This document shows positions 38,491 through 50,292 of a stretch of 64,000 bases of DNA, piece by piece (within the stretch, counting starts at the first letter, position 1; the number at the start of each line of letters is the position of its first letter). Location: NCBI GenBank assembly GCA_913052565.1, contig CAJXFH010000002.1, positions 39,324 to 103,323 on the forward strand. The letters run 5' to 3'. This DNA comes from an uncultured Gammaproteobacteria bacterium (lineage in GTDB: Bacteria; Pseudomonadota; Gammaproteobacteria; Magnimaribacterales; TMED112). The translations under genes and the position numbers were made by a program. The notes under the pieces were generated by a model. The model was not told the origin of the DNA. It did no database searches and worked only from the letters and a program-made list of their open reading frames with translations.

Positions 38491-39684
38491 TTAAGCCACT
38501 GATTTTATTTCATCAGTCACCTTTTCAACTGGTAAAGGATTTCGAGACCCAACAGCCTCAGAAATTGAATTGAATCCATCAGCTTTCAGGAGCTTTACTA
38601 AACCTCTGTTGATTTCATTAATATTTTGAGGGCCATCAAAAATCATAGTTGTAATCATGTGGCACAAGCTCGCACCTGAAGTTATTTTTTCATATGCATC
38701 CTTTGCACTAAAGATTCCACCAACACCAATGATTGTTAATTTTCCTCTGGTTCTTCTATATACATGCCTTACTACATTAGTGGCAATTCTTTGTAATGGA
38801 AGTCCACTCATTGCACCTTTTCCTTTTGGCAGCAATCCCTTTGCAGTAGGGTATTCTTCTGGTCGATGTTCAGTATTGAATTCTGGTTTAGCAAGGTTTG
38901 TGCAAACCACACCATCTATTCCAAATTCGACGCAGGCATCAACAATTGTATTTATCTCTTCAATCGTCATGTCAGCAGCAAGCTTCACATATATTGGTTT
39001 ATCTGTAATAGGACGAATCCTTTTATTAATTGCTGTAAGCAAGGCATCAAGATTGCCTTTATCAACAAAAGGCTCACCATCTTGTGTATTTGGACAGCTT
39101 ATATTTACAGTGAAGTAGTCACCTATATCTTTAAATAGAGTCATAGTCTTGAGATAGTCCTCAATTGAGGTTTCTAATTGAAACTCAGGTGTTAGATTTG
39201 AGTTCGCTGCATTAATGCCGACACGTAACTCTCCAAAGTCTTCATTTTCCAATCTCTTAGAAATTTTCTCAGCACCTTCATTATTGAGGCCATACCAAAC
39301 AACTATTGCTTTTGATTTAACCATTCGAAATAGTCTTTTTCCTGGGTTACCAGGGCAAACTTCTCCAGTGAACGATCCTAGTTCTGCAAGACCAAATCCA
39401 AGAGAAGGATAAATCTTCGTTAATTCACCGTCTTTATCAAAACCAGCTGATAATCCAATTGGGTTTTTATATTCAACTCCATCGACTTCAGTGTTGAGGC
39501 TCTTATTCTCGTATTTAAAAAATAAGCTTGTAAGTGCTCTTGTAAAAAAATTACTTCCTAAAAAAACACCAACTCTTTTGAGTGAATAATGGGCTTCCTC
39601 TGGATCCATTAAAAAAATAACTGGGCGTAAAATTTGATACCCAATTCTCATAAAGAAATTTCTAATTCCTATAATGCTGTTCAT
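38491..39684 (-). CDS. pyrD: Dihydroorotate dehydrogenase (quinone), class 2
   Basis: NPIGLSAGFDKDGE, LGFGLAELGSFT, INISCPNT-like VNISCPNTQDG, PIYVKLAADM, GGIFSAKDAYEKI. Confidence 0.95.
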   Translation of the reverse strand: MNSIIGIRNFFMRIGYQILRPVIFLMDPEEAHYSLKRVGVFLGSNFFTRALTSLFFKYENKSLNTEVDGVEYKNPIGLSAGFDKDGELTKIYPSLGFGLAELGSFTGEVCPGNPGKRLFRMVKSKAIVVWYGLNNEGAEKISKRLENEDFGELRVGINAANSNLTPEFQLETSIEDYLKTMTLFKDIGDYFTVNISCPNTQDGEPFVDKGNLDALLTAINKRIRPITDKPIYVKLAADMTIEEINTIVDACVEFGIDGVVCTNLAKPEFNTEHRPEEYPTAKGLLPKGKGAMSGLPLQRIATNVVRHVYRRTRGKLTIIGVGGIFSAKDAYEKITSGASLCHMITTMIFDGPQNINEINRGLVKLLKADGFNSISEAVGSRNPLPVEKVTDEIKSVA

Positions 39685-39935
39685 TTTTGCTCCTCTGTTA
39701 ACTTAAAATTAACAATTATTAAAAATGATACTATATCACAATATAATTGGAAGTTATAATAACTATAATTGATATTTATAGTACGACAATATAAATGGTA
39801 TTTATGGCTGTTTACTAAAAAAAAATCTTCATTCTCTATGCCTTTGAATCTGAGCCCCTAAAATTCAAACTTTTAACAATTCTTTTTTGTTGCATGAACG
39901 ATGCATTCATATAGTATTAAGTTATCTAAATATTT

Positions 39936-41216
39936 ATGGAATTCATAATAGAAAATTTTTATTTAATTTTAGCCTCAAGTATTATTTTTGGCTTTTTTAT
40001 GGCATATGGAATAGGCGCAAATGATGTTGCTAATGCCATGGGAACCTCTGTTGGTAGCAAAGCTTTAACACTTACCCAGGCTTTAGTGATTGCTGCAATA
40101 TTTGAATTCTTAGGAGCATATTTTGCAGGAGCATCTGTAACCGCAACAATTAGAGAGAACATTGTTGATCCAAGCCTTTATGATGATTCACCAGATGTCT
40201 TTGTTCTTGGCATGATGGCAAGTTTGCTTGCAGCAGGTGCTTGGCTATTAATTTCAACGACTTTTGGCCTTCCTGTATCTACAACACATGCAATTATTGG
40301 AGCCATTGCTGGATTTTCAATCTACTACATTGGTTGGGCATCAGTCAGCTGGACTTATATTTTAGGCGTTACATTTTCATGGCTCATAACACCATTTCTT
40401 GCAGCTGTACTTTCAGGTTTGCTTTATTACAGTGCGAAAAAACTTGTGCTTACTGCTGAAAAGCCAATTGAAGCAGCACGACAATTCATACCAATGTATG
40501 CCGGTTTGGTGGGTTTTAGTATAGCGGCTATAACTCTCAACAAAGGACTAACTAATACACAAGTACCAATTTTAATTTCTGAGTATTTCGCGGGTTATGA
40601 TTTGATAGCAACAATATTTGGTATTGCATTATTTGTTGCGCTTCTTTGTTATGCCATTTCAAGATTTCTTTTATCACATTATGTAAGCAAATCTGATAAT
40701 CCAAATGTTGAAGGTAAGTTTGCAATATTGATGATATTCACTGCATCCTCAATTGCTTTTGCTCATGGTTCTAATGATGTCGCAAATGCTGTAGGACCAA
40801 TGGCAGCAGTAGTTGCCACTATTGAGAACCTTGGTCAGATAAATACTGTTGCAGTGATACCTGAATGGATCTTACTCACGGGAGCAATAGGAATAGTAAT
40901 TGGTATGCTTACGCTTGGTTATAAGGTTATAAGAACTGTTGGAGAAAAAATTACTAAGCTCAAACCAAGTAAAGGTTTTGCTGCCGAAATGGCAACTGCT
41001 ATTGTTGTTGTAGTGGGAAGTGTGGCTGGAATTCCTCTTTCAACAACACACACATTAGTTGGAGCAGTAATTGGAATAGGTGTTTTTAGTAGCAATAAGG
41101 TCAATTATAATTCCGTGATTCAAATCGGAGCATCTTGGCTCATAACAATTCCTGGTGGTGCAATTCTTTCAATAATCTTTTTTGTACTGTTAAAATCTAT
41201 TTTCGGAGTAGCTTGA
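39936..41216 (+). CDS. PiT family inorganic phosphate transporter
   Basis: YGIGANDVANAMGTSVGSKAL...FGLPVSTTHAIIGAIAG...AFAHGSNDVANAVGPMAAV...TTHTLVGAVIG. Confidence 0.95.
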   Translation: MEFIIENFYLILASSIIFGFFMAYGIGANDVANAMGTSVGSKALTLTQALVIAAIFEFLGAYFAGASVTATIRENIVDPSLYDDSPDVFVLGMMASLLAAGAWLLISTTFGLPVSTTHAIIGAIAGFSIYYIGWASVSWTYILGVTFSWLITPFLAAVLSGLLYYSAKKLVLTAEKPIEAARQFIPMYAGLVGFSIAAITLNKGLTNTQVPILISEYFAGYDLIATIFGIALFVALLCYAISRFLLSHYVSKSDNPNVEGKFAILMIFTASSIAFAHGSNDVANAVGPMAAVVATIENLGQINTVAVIPEWILLTGAIGIVIGMLTLGYKVIRTVGEKITKLKPSKGFAAEMATAIVVVVGSVAGIPLSTTHTLVGAVIGIGVFSSNKVNYNSVIQIGASWLITIPGGAILSIIFFVLLKSIFGVA

Positions 41217-41704
41217 TGGAGTTTGAATATTGGATTGAATTGGTAAACAAAATAGTGAATATAATCACAGGGCCAGCGGTGATCTTTAGTGTCTGGTTTC
41301 TTGTTGCGCAAATACAAACTCAAATTAAAGTCGGTAAGGCAGCATCTCGTCAATCAATTGCAGAAGCACATCAGGAAGTTACTCTTGCAGGCCTTGACCC
41401 ACTTTTAATGAGAGCCAAATTGAAACTTATAAAAAAAGAAGAGTTATCTATTGATGAAGAAGTTGGTTTAAGAATACATATGACAGCAATTTTAAGAGCA
41501 AGAGAAAATCACTTTTATCAACATAAGATGGGCATGTTAGATGACGAAGAATGGAAAACCATGAGAAAAGCACTAGGAACGTTATTTATCGATAACACAC
41601 TAAATCTGGATATTTGGAGTAAAAGTAAATCAACTTTTAATCCTGAGTTTGTCCGTATAGTTGACGAAGAAATAGAAATGAGAAAGGATACCTTTAAAAA
41701 ATGA
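41216..41704 (+). CDS. Uncharacterised membrane-anchored protein
   Basis: MEFEYWIELVNKIVNIITGPAVIFSVWFLVAQIQTQIKVGKAASRQSIAEAHQEVTL...: one TM then a helical cytoplasmic domain. ATG overlaps the pit stop codon (TGATG). Confidence 0.6.
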   Translation: MEFEYWIELVNKIVNIITGPAVIFSVWFLVAQIQTQIKVGKAASRQSIAEAHQEVTLAGLDPLLMRAKLKLIKKEELSIDEEVGLRIHMTAILRARENHFYQHKMGMLDDEEWKTMRKALGTLFIDNTLNLDIWSKSKSTFNPEFVRIVDEEIEMRKDTFKK

Positions 41705-42789
41705 GCGACAAAACCCAACTAAAATTCATCTCAAAAGCTTTGCTTATGCATCAAAGACCATTTCTTATTACAAAGACAGATGGAGATGTTCTTTGGATTA
41801 ATAACGCTGGAAAATACATCTTTTCAATGGAAGATAATGACAAGCTTGATCTTATCTTTGTTGATAAAAAAGACTTAGATAAAGCTAAGTTTGATTCAGA
41901 TATAGCAGACTCATTCGATGTATTTTTAAAAATAAATTTAAGGGCACAAAGTCTCTATATGCGTGTGCTTTTACATGTAATACCTGTAGAAGATGAAAAT
42001 TATTATTTGGTTGAATTTGTTTCAAACTCAAAAGAAAATCTCTTCGCCTTAAAAACTGTTATATCTTGTTTAGAAAATGATCGAATAGGTATGTATTATC
42101 AAAAGCAGTACAGGCTTACTGGTAAAAAAGAAGTCACAGGTGTTGAAGCGCTGATTAGGTTTTTCAATGAGGATGGCTCAATTATTCCTAATGACAAGAT
42201 TATTCCTTATATCGAAGGGGAAAGTATTTTTTCTCTTGTGGTTACTTCTTCCATGAATCTAGTAAAAGAGTTTTTTGATGCGAGAAAGGAAAAGGGTCTT
42301 GACGGAACAACTTTATATTTTAATGTTTCTGCACACACAGTTCTGCATAAAGACTTTTTATCAATATTTAAAGAATTCATAAATAGCTCTGGAATAAAGA
42401 AAGGTGATTTTGGTATTGAAGTTACTGAAACAGCAGAACTGAATAATTTATCTTTAGCATCTTTGAGATTATCAAGTATTAAGAATCTTGGTGTTTCAAT
42501 AGCATTAGATGATTTTGGGGCTGGCTACTCAGCTCTAAGATATTTAAAGGACTTACCTATAGACCTTCTCAAGCTTGACAAAAGTTTTACCAATGAAATG
42601 GCTGAGGCACACAATCAAAGCTTAATTCAGATTGCAAAGCTCATGGCTGATTCATTATCTATGGAATTTATTTGTGAAGGGTTGGAAGAAGAATGGCAGA
42701 TTGAGAAAGCCATTTCTTTAGGCTGTGAGCGCGGGCAGGGGTATTTCCTTCATAAGCCATGTAGCCTTGATGACCTAAATAATGAATAA
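41701..42789 (+). CDS. EAL-domain protein, putative c-di-GMP phosphodiesterase with PAS-like N-terminus
   Basis: GVEALIRF, NVSA, GIEVTETAE, ALDDFGAGYSALRYLKDLPIDLLKLDKSF, CEGLEEEWQ, GCERGQGYFLHKP. The catalytic motifs are retained. Confidence 0.92.
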   Translation: MSDKTQLKFISKALLMHQRPFLITKTDGDVLWINNAGKYIFSMEDNDKLDLIFVDKKDLDKAKFDSDIADSFDVFLKINLRAQSLYMRVLLHVIPVEDENYYLVEFVSNSKENLFALKTVISCLENDRIGMYYQKQYRLTGKKEVTGVEALIRFFNEDGSIIPNDKIIPYIEGESIFSLVVTSSMNLVKEFFDARKEKGLDGTTLYFNVSAHTVLHKDFLSIFKEFINSSGIKKGDFGIEVTETAELNNLSLASLRLSSIKNLGVSIALDDFGAGYSALRYLKDLPIDLLKLDKSFTNEMAEAHNQSLIQIAKLMADSLSMEFICEGLEEEWQIEKAISLGCERGQGYFLHKPCSLDDLNNE

Positions 42790-44221
42790 GAAAGAAAAGA
42801 TAATTCTTACACAAATTAAACAAGATTTTACTACCCCTGTTGATGCAATTTCTGATTATATAAACCTCATAATAGATAGCTCAGATATTTATGAAGATGA
42901 AATATCAGATGAATTTGAAAATATAAGAAAATCTTCTAGGACTTTAAGAGTTAATTTTAATGAGGCATTTTCTGAGTATGCTGAGCTTAAAAAGAAAACA
43001 ATCGCAAATGACGAGGAAGCATCTATCCTTAGGCATGATCTCCGTACACCTCTTAATGGAATAATAGGATACAGTGAAATTCTGATAGAAGATTATGAAG
43101 ACGACATAGACGAAAAACATAATCAAGATTTAAACCACATAATTGATTTAGCAAAAGAAGTTGAGGGAGCAATTTCAAGATTTGTCGATTTTCTTAAAGG
43201 TGGAGCTGAAAAAGATGCTGAAGAACAATCAGATGATGATAGTGCCGAAAACTTATTTAGTTCACTTGGGAAAATTGAGTACAAGCTTGAAATTATTGAT
43301 GAAATTAAGGAAGCAAAAATACTTGTTGTCGATGATATAAAAACAAATTGTGATGTTCTAAAAAGAAGACTTGAAAGTTTTGAATTTAAAGTTGATGTTA
43401 GCATGTCAGGCAAAGACGCTTTGGAGCAAATTTCAAATAATAAATATGATCTTGTCCTTCTGGATGTACTTATGCCTGAGGTTAATGGTTTAGAGGTGTT
43501 AATAAAGATTCGAGAACAATATTCAGCAGATAAATTACCCGTAATAATGGTTTCTTCATTTGATGATGTTGAAAGCATCTCGAAATGCATTCAGCTTGGG
43601 GCGTCAGATTACTTGTCAAAACCTGTAAATTCGACAATTCTCACACAAAAGGTGGCTTCGACACTTGAAAGAAAATCATTAAGAGAAAGAGAAGAACAGC
43701 TTCTATCAGAGCTGCATAGGCAAGCCATTACTGACGAAATGACGGGTATTCCGAATAGAAGATATGTTTTTGATCATTTAGAGAAAAGTTTTGATGACAT
43801 AGAAAAAAATTCAAAGGAACATTTTGCAGCAGCAATATTCGATATTGATCATTTCAAGCATGTGAATGATACTTACGGTCATGCCGCTGGAGATGAAATA
43901 ATCAAGAAGGTCAGTAATATTGCTACTTCAGTTGTAACAGCTCCTGATATATTTGGAAGAATAGGCGGCGAAGAATTTTTAGCTGTGGTTTATAACAATT
44001 CTAAGAATCATCTAGAACAAATTTGTGAAAAAATAAGAACAAGTATTGAGAATGAAGAAACTTTATTTGATAATCAAAAAATAAGAGTAACAATAAGCGG
44101 CGGTGTTTGCTTTAGTGATGAAAGCACCAGTGTTTCTGATTTGGTAAACAAAGCTGATGAAAGACTCTACCTTGCCAAGAAAAATGGCAGAAATAGATTC
44201 TATTTAAGTGAGGAAACGTAA
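42782..44221 (+). CDS. HisKA-like, REC and GGDEF protein, putative response-regulator diguanylate cyclase
   Basis: H-box LRHDLRTPLNGIIGYSEIL; REC (ILVVDDIKTN...YDLVLLDVLMP...LSKP); GGDEF (DEMTGIPNRRYVFDHL...FDIDHFKHVNDTYGHAAGDEII...RIGGEEFL). Confidence 0.92.
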   Translation: MNKKEKIILTQIKQDFTTPVDAISDYINLIIDSSDIYEDEISDEFENIRKSSRTLRVNFNEAFSEYAELKKKTIANDEEASILRHDLRTPLNGIIGYSEILIEDYEDDIDEKHNQDLNHIIDLAKEVEGAISRFVDFLKGGAEKDAEEQSDDDSAENLFSSLGKIEYKLEIIDEIKEAKILVVDDIKTNCDVLKRRLESFEFKVDVSMSGKDALEQISNNKYDLVLLDVLMPEVNGLEVLIKIREQYSADKLPVIMVSSFDDVESISKCIQLGASDYLSKPVNSTILTQKVASTLERKSLREREEQLLSELHRQAITDEMTGIPNRRYVFDHLEKSFDDIEKNSKEHFAAAIFDIDHFKHVNDTYGHAAGDEIIKKVSNIATSVVTAPDIFGRIGGEEFLAVVYNNSKNHLEQICEKIRTSIENEETLFDNQKIRVTISGGVCFSDESTSVSDLVNKADERLYLAKKNGRNRFYLSEET

Positions 44222-44580
44222 TGGCTTACATTTTAATTGTTGAAGATAATGAGATGAACAGAGATATGCTCGGTAGAAGGCTTGAGAGAAGAGGGTTTGA
44301 AATTCAATTTGCTCTCGATGGCCAAGAAGGTCTGGATAGTATGAGAGCAAGAAAACCTGATTTGGTTTTAATGGATATGGGCTTACCTGTATTAGATGGT
44401 TGGCAAGCTACGTCCCAAGCTAAAGAGGATCCTGAACTCAAAGATATACCTATTATTGCTCTAACAGCTCATGCTTTAGAAACAGATAGACAAAAAGCTC
44501 TAGCAGCAGGTGCAGATGATTTTGATACCAAGCCAGTCGATATAAAGAGATTGCTAGAAAAAATAGGTAAATTTATTTAG
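44221..44580 (+). CDS. Single-domain response regulator (DivK/CheY-like)
   Basis: ILIVEDNEMNRDMLGRRLERRGFEIQFALDGQEGLDSMRARKPDLVLMDMGLPVLDGWQ...IIALTAHALETDRQKALAAGADDFDTKPVD. Confidence 0.93.
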   Translation: MAYILIVEDNEMNRDMLGRRLERRGFEIQFALDGQEGLDSMRARKPDLVLMDMGLPVLDGWQATSQAKEDPELKDIPIIALTAHALETDRQKALAAGADDFDTKPVDIKRLLEKIGKFI

Positions 44581-47500
44581 AGTCTTCGCCCTTTAAAATC
44601 TGATTCACTTCATTAACCAACGTTTGAACTTTTGACTCTTTCTTAACAATGCCCTCAGTGAATTTGCTTAACATTTTTTCTTCAACTGCTGTAATATCCT
44701 TTCCTGAAAAAACAACAATAGGAATTTTAATTCCATCCTCTTGAGTTCGCTCAATAAATTCGAAGCCATCCATTTTTGGCATATCTAGGTCTAAAACAAT
44801 GAGGTCTGGTTTCTCCTTAACTCTTTCTAATGCATCTTCACCATTTTTGGCATCAATTGAAAGATAACCCTCATTATTTAGAATTTTGTTTAAAAGGTCT
44901 CTTGTATTTTCATCATCATCAACAATTAATACTTTCTGATTTTTTTCTGTTATATATCTTTTAACGATATTGAGGAAAAAAGTTCTATCAATTGGCTTCT
45001 TCATATAATCATCAGCACCAAGTGAAGTCGCAAGACTCTCTTCATTTAAAACTGATGTAATTACTACAGGGATATCTTTTAGTTTTTTGTCTTTTTTTAA
45101 CTCTTTTAAGACAGACCAACCATCTCTTCCAGGCATTAAAACGTCAAGCAATATGAGCTTAGGAGTATTTTTCCTTGCTTGTTCTATCCCTTCATCTCCA
45201 TCAAAACAACTAAAGACTGTATGACCCTCTTTTTTGATTGCCCTTTTTACAACATCGTGAGTAGCTTTATCATCATCTACCAAAAGAATATATTCATCAC
45301 CGTCTTTAATATCTGGATTTTCAAAATCCTCATCTTCAACTGTTTCCTCATCTATTGAAACGCGGGGTACATATATGCTGAATGTACTTCCTTCTCCAAC
45401 TTTGCTTGATACTTCTACACCCCCGCCCATCATTTCAGCAAAATGCTTTGATATCGATAATCCGAGACCGGTACCACCATACTTTGCGCTTGTAGACCTT
45501 TCAGCCTGAGTATATGTGTCAAATAATTTACCTAATTGTTCTTCTGACATTCCAATACCTGTATCTTTAATATCAAAGTTAACAAATTCTTTACCATCAA
45601 CATCTTTAGAGGTAATGACTAATGCAACTTGTCCATTCTCTGTAAATTTAAAAGCGTTACTCAAGAAATTTACGATACATTGTCGAAGCTTTGTCTCATC
45701 ACTTGTCATTTCACCACCAATATTATTTTTGATAATAAATTCATTATTATTCTTAGCAGCTAAAGGATTCGACACATCTTTAATTGTTTCAATCATCACA
45801 TCTATATTGAATGGAGTGAAATACATATCCATTTTTCCTGCTTCTATCTTCGATAAATCAAGAACATTATTAATAAGAGATAGAAGGTGTTTGCTTGAAT
45901 TAGTAATTCTTTTAAGATCCGGTACCATGTCATCATTGCCTAAATCCTCGCAATCCTCTAAAAGCATTTCACTATATCCAATAATAGCGTTTAGCGGTGT
46001 TCTAAGCTCATGCGACATATTTGCGAAGAATCTAGATTTTGCCGAACTCGCTTCACGGGCTTCGTCTCGTGCAGTTGCCATTTCTTTTGTTTTGAGATCA
46101 ATCAAAGCATTAACTTCATCTGACATTCTTGAAAACGCAAGCTCCATCATTTCAACTGATGCTTCCTCAGCTTTTTCATCAGAAGCTTCATTTACAAGAT
46201 TCTTCATATTCTGAACATCTTTTTGAATAAGAGTTTTGGCTTCGCCTTCTAATTTTTCAGATAATATGCTCATCTTTTTAATGATCACTTCATCTCTTTG
46301 TTTTCTACGCTCAGCTCTATCTTGTCTAACTGAATCCATTTCAAGTAAGTGATTTCTGTATCTCGCTAGTGCGTTAGATAATTGCCCAACTTCATTAGTT
46401 TCTGAGGACAGAAAACCTTTATTAGACGGGATGGTTTTTTTGGTATCTCCTTTTGTAAGTGCCTCGAGGACTTCAATAGCTTGCGCAATTCTACTAAAAG
46501 CACCATCTTGCACCCACCAAATTGCTAAAACTATAAGAATGATCACGCCAAATGTGAAAATAATAGAATTTAATGTTGAGTCTCTTAGTTCTTTAAGATC
46601 GTTGGCAACATTCTTGATTACAAAAAATAAAGCAAAGTCAGGGTTAACAGTTGATGCAACAGGTACTGAAGTTAATGAAAGTCCAAGTGCCTCAAAATTT
46701 TTGGAATTCATGTTTTCGAGACCATTTTTTAGAATATCGTTTTTAATATAATTAAAACTAACTTGATTAATGCCAAGTGAGTCGTCTTGAGATAGGCCAT
46801 CAGTAAAAACTGCATCAATAATTTTGTTTTGACTTACAATTCCAGTACGAACACCAAGATCACTTTCAAATACTGTCATTGACTGCCTAAGATCTCGACC
46901 GAGTATCACTGATCCTAAAAGTTTATTGGTATTGAATCCAAACTCATTTTTTAAGTAGATTGGAAAAGCTACGATTTGATGCAAATTTATATTTCCATTT
47001 GGAGCTTGAGCATAAATTACCTCGTTTGTAACGCTCATCCTGCTTCTGATTTTTTCTAGGAATGCTCCTGTTGAATCGTCTCTAAGAAAATTAAGATCAT
47101 TTGAATCGCCACAAACATCTATTGAATTACCTACATCTGCCCAGTCAAAGGCATAAAGACAAGTAAGCTCTTCATTATTCTCATTGAAAAGTTTTATAAA
47201 GCTTATGTTCCCTTCATCAATTTCGTCTAAGAACATTTCATCCACTAAAATAAAAAGATCGCCTCGAAGCTCTTGATCGAAAGATTCAATTAATGCATTC
47301 GCGTAGTCAAAACCTTCTATACCAATTTCTGTGAATAGACCAATTTCAACGTAAGGATTCCAGTATTGCTCACCTTTCTCTCCATTTGGCCCCCAAGAGT
47401 TCATATTTGAAAAACTGTTATCTATGGACTGAACCCATGCTGATTCTACAATGCTTGTATATTGACTGTTAGATGATTTTTCTTGAATGCTCTGATTCTG

Positions 47501-47581
47501 AACATTCATATATAGCAATGTGCCAGCAATAATAATATTGCCTATTAGACCAAATATAAGGATTTGGGTTCTTACAAGCAT
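44573..47581 (-). CDS. Hybrid sensor histidine kinase (extracytoplasmic sensor, TM, HAMP, coiled coil, HisKA, HATPase, REC, REC)
   Basis: FFANMSHELRTPLNAIIGYSEM; DETKLRQCIVNFLSNAFKFT; DTGIGMSEEQL; GGTGLGLSISKHFAEMMGG; two RECs (LLLVDDDKATH...ILLDVLMPGRDGW; VLIVDDDENTRDLL...IVLDLDMPKMDGFEF). Confidence 0.93.
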   Translation of the reverse strand: MLVRTQILIFGLIGNIIIAGTLLYMNVQNQSIQEKSSNSQYTSIVESAWVQSIDNSFSNMNSWGPNGEKGEQYWNPYVEIGLFTEIGIEGFDYANALIESFDQELRGDLFILVDEMFLDEIDEGNISFIKLFNENNEELTCLYAFDWADVGNSIDVCGDSNDLNFLRDDSTGAFLEKIRSRMSVTNEVIYAQAPNGNINLHQIVAFPIYLKNEFGFNTNKLLGSVILGRDLRQSMTVFESDLGVRTGIVSQNKIIDAVFTDGLSQDDSLGINQVSFNYIKNDILKNGLENMNSKNFEALGLSLTSVPVASTVNPDFALFFVIKNVANDLKELRDSTLNSIIFTFGVIILIVLAIWWVQDGAFSRIAQAIEVLEALTKGDTKKTIPSNKGFLSSETNEVGQLSNALARYRNHLLEMDSVRQDRAERRKQRDEVIIKKMSILSEKLEGEAKTLIQKDVQNMKNLVNEASDEKAEEASVEMMELAFSRMSDEVNALIDLKTKEMATARDEAREASSAKSRFFANMSHELRTPLNAIIGYSEMLLEDCEDLGNDDMVPDLKRITNSSKHLLSLINNVLDLSKIEAGKMDMYFTPFNIDVMIETIKDVSNPLAAKNNNEFIIKNNIGGEMTSDETKLRQCIVNFLSNAFKFTENGQVALVITSKDVDGKEFVNFDIKDTGIGMSEEQLGKLFDTYTQAERSTSAKYGGTGLGLSISKHFAEMMGGGVEVSSKVGEGSTFSIYVPRVSIDEETVEDEDFENPDIKDGDEYILLVDDDKATHDVVKRAIKKEGHTVFSCFDGDEGIEQARKNTPKLILLDVLMPGRDGWSVLKELKKDKKLKDIPVVITSVLNEESLATSLGADDYMKKPIDRTFFLNIVKRYITEKNQKVLIVDDDENTRDLLNKILNNEGYLSIDAKNGEDALERVKEKPDLIVLDLDMPKMDGFEFIERTQEDGIKIPIVVFSGKDITAVEEKMLSKFTEGIVKKESKVQTLVNEVNQILKGEDSK

Positions 47582-47590
47582 TTTGAAAAA

Positions 47591-47980
47591 TTATTCGTCT
47601 GCTAACTTGAATGTGAAACGAGCCGTTACATCATTAACAGTTACAGGAACTCCATTATAGACGTAAGGTTCATAAGCCCACCTTCTAATCGTTCTCATTA
47701 CACTTCTTTCAAAATAACCTGGTTGGTCAGTATCTGTGACATAAGGATCAACAACTTCACCTTCAGGTGAAACATCAAACTCAACTACAACAAATCCCTC
47801 AGTACCACGTCTAAGTGCTGATCTTGGGTAATCTGCAGATGGTGAATATATCCTTTCAACTGAAACTTCTATTACTTCACCGTTAACAGTAATACTACCT
47901 TCATCACTTGCTGGGAAAAGCGCTAGAGAGAATAATAAAAATAAACTTGATAGGTATCTCATGTTTTGAATTATATACAA
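47591..47980 (-). CDS. Secreted stand-alone TonB C-terminal domain protein
   Basis: Signal peptide then YPRSALRRGTEGFVVVEFDVSPEGEVVDPYVTDTDQPGYFERSVMRTIRRWAYEP (TonB_C motif). No Pro-rich linker. Confidence 0.82.
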   Translation of the reverse strand: MYIIQNMRYLSSLFLLFSLALFPASDEGSITVNGEVIEVSVERIYSPSADYPRSALRRGTEGFVVVEFDVSPEGEVVDPYVTDTDQPGYFERSVMRTIRRWAYEPYVYNGVPVTVNDVTARFTFKLADE

Positions 47981-48020
47981 AAAAGCTTTTATTTAATACA
48001 TGATTTAATATTTCTTAAAA

Positions 48021-50174
<2,154 letters not shown>

Positions 50175-50292
50175 TTAAAACCTACTTAAAGTTTAGATAC
50201 GACTAAAAATTTTTCAATAATTTTCCTTTAAATTCATTAAATATTTAATTGTGAAAATTTGCTTATAATTTTAAATTTTGTAAGTTATCACT

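Noticed and set aside
39685-39935. AT-rich pyrD-pit intergenic region as a possible ncRNA or small gene
   Set aside because: It has short imperfect palindromes only (e.g. GTTATAATAAC), consistent with AT background. No stable fold or convincing ORF was found.
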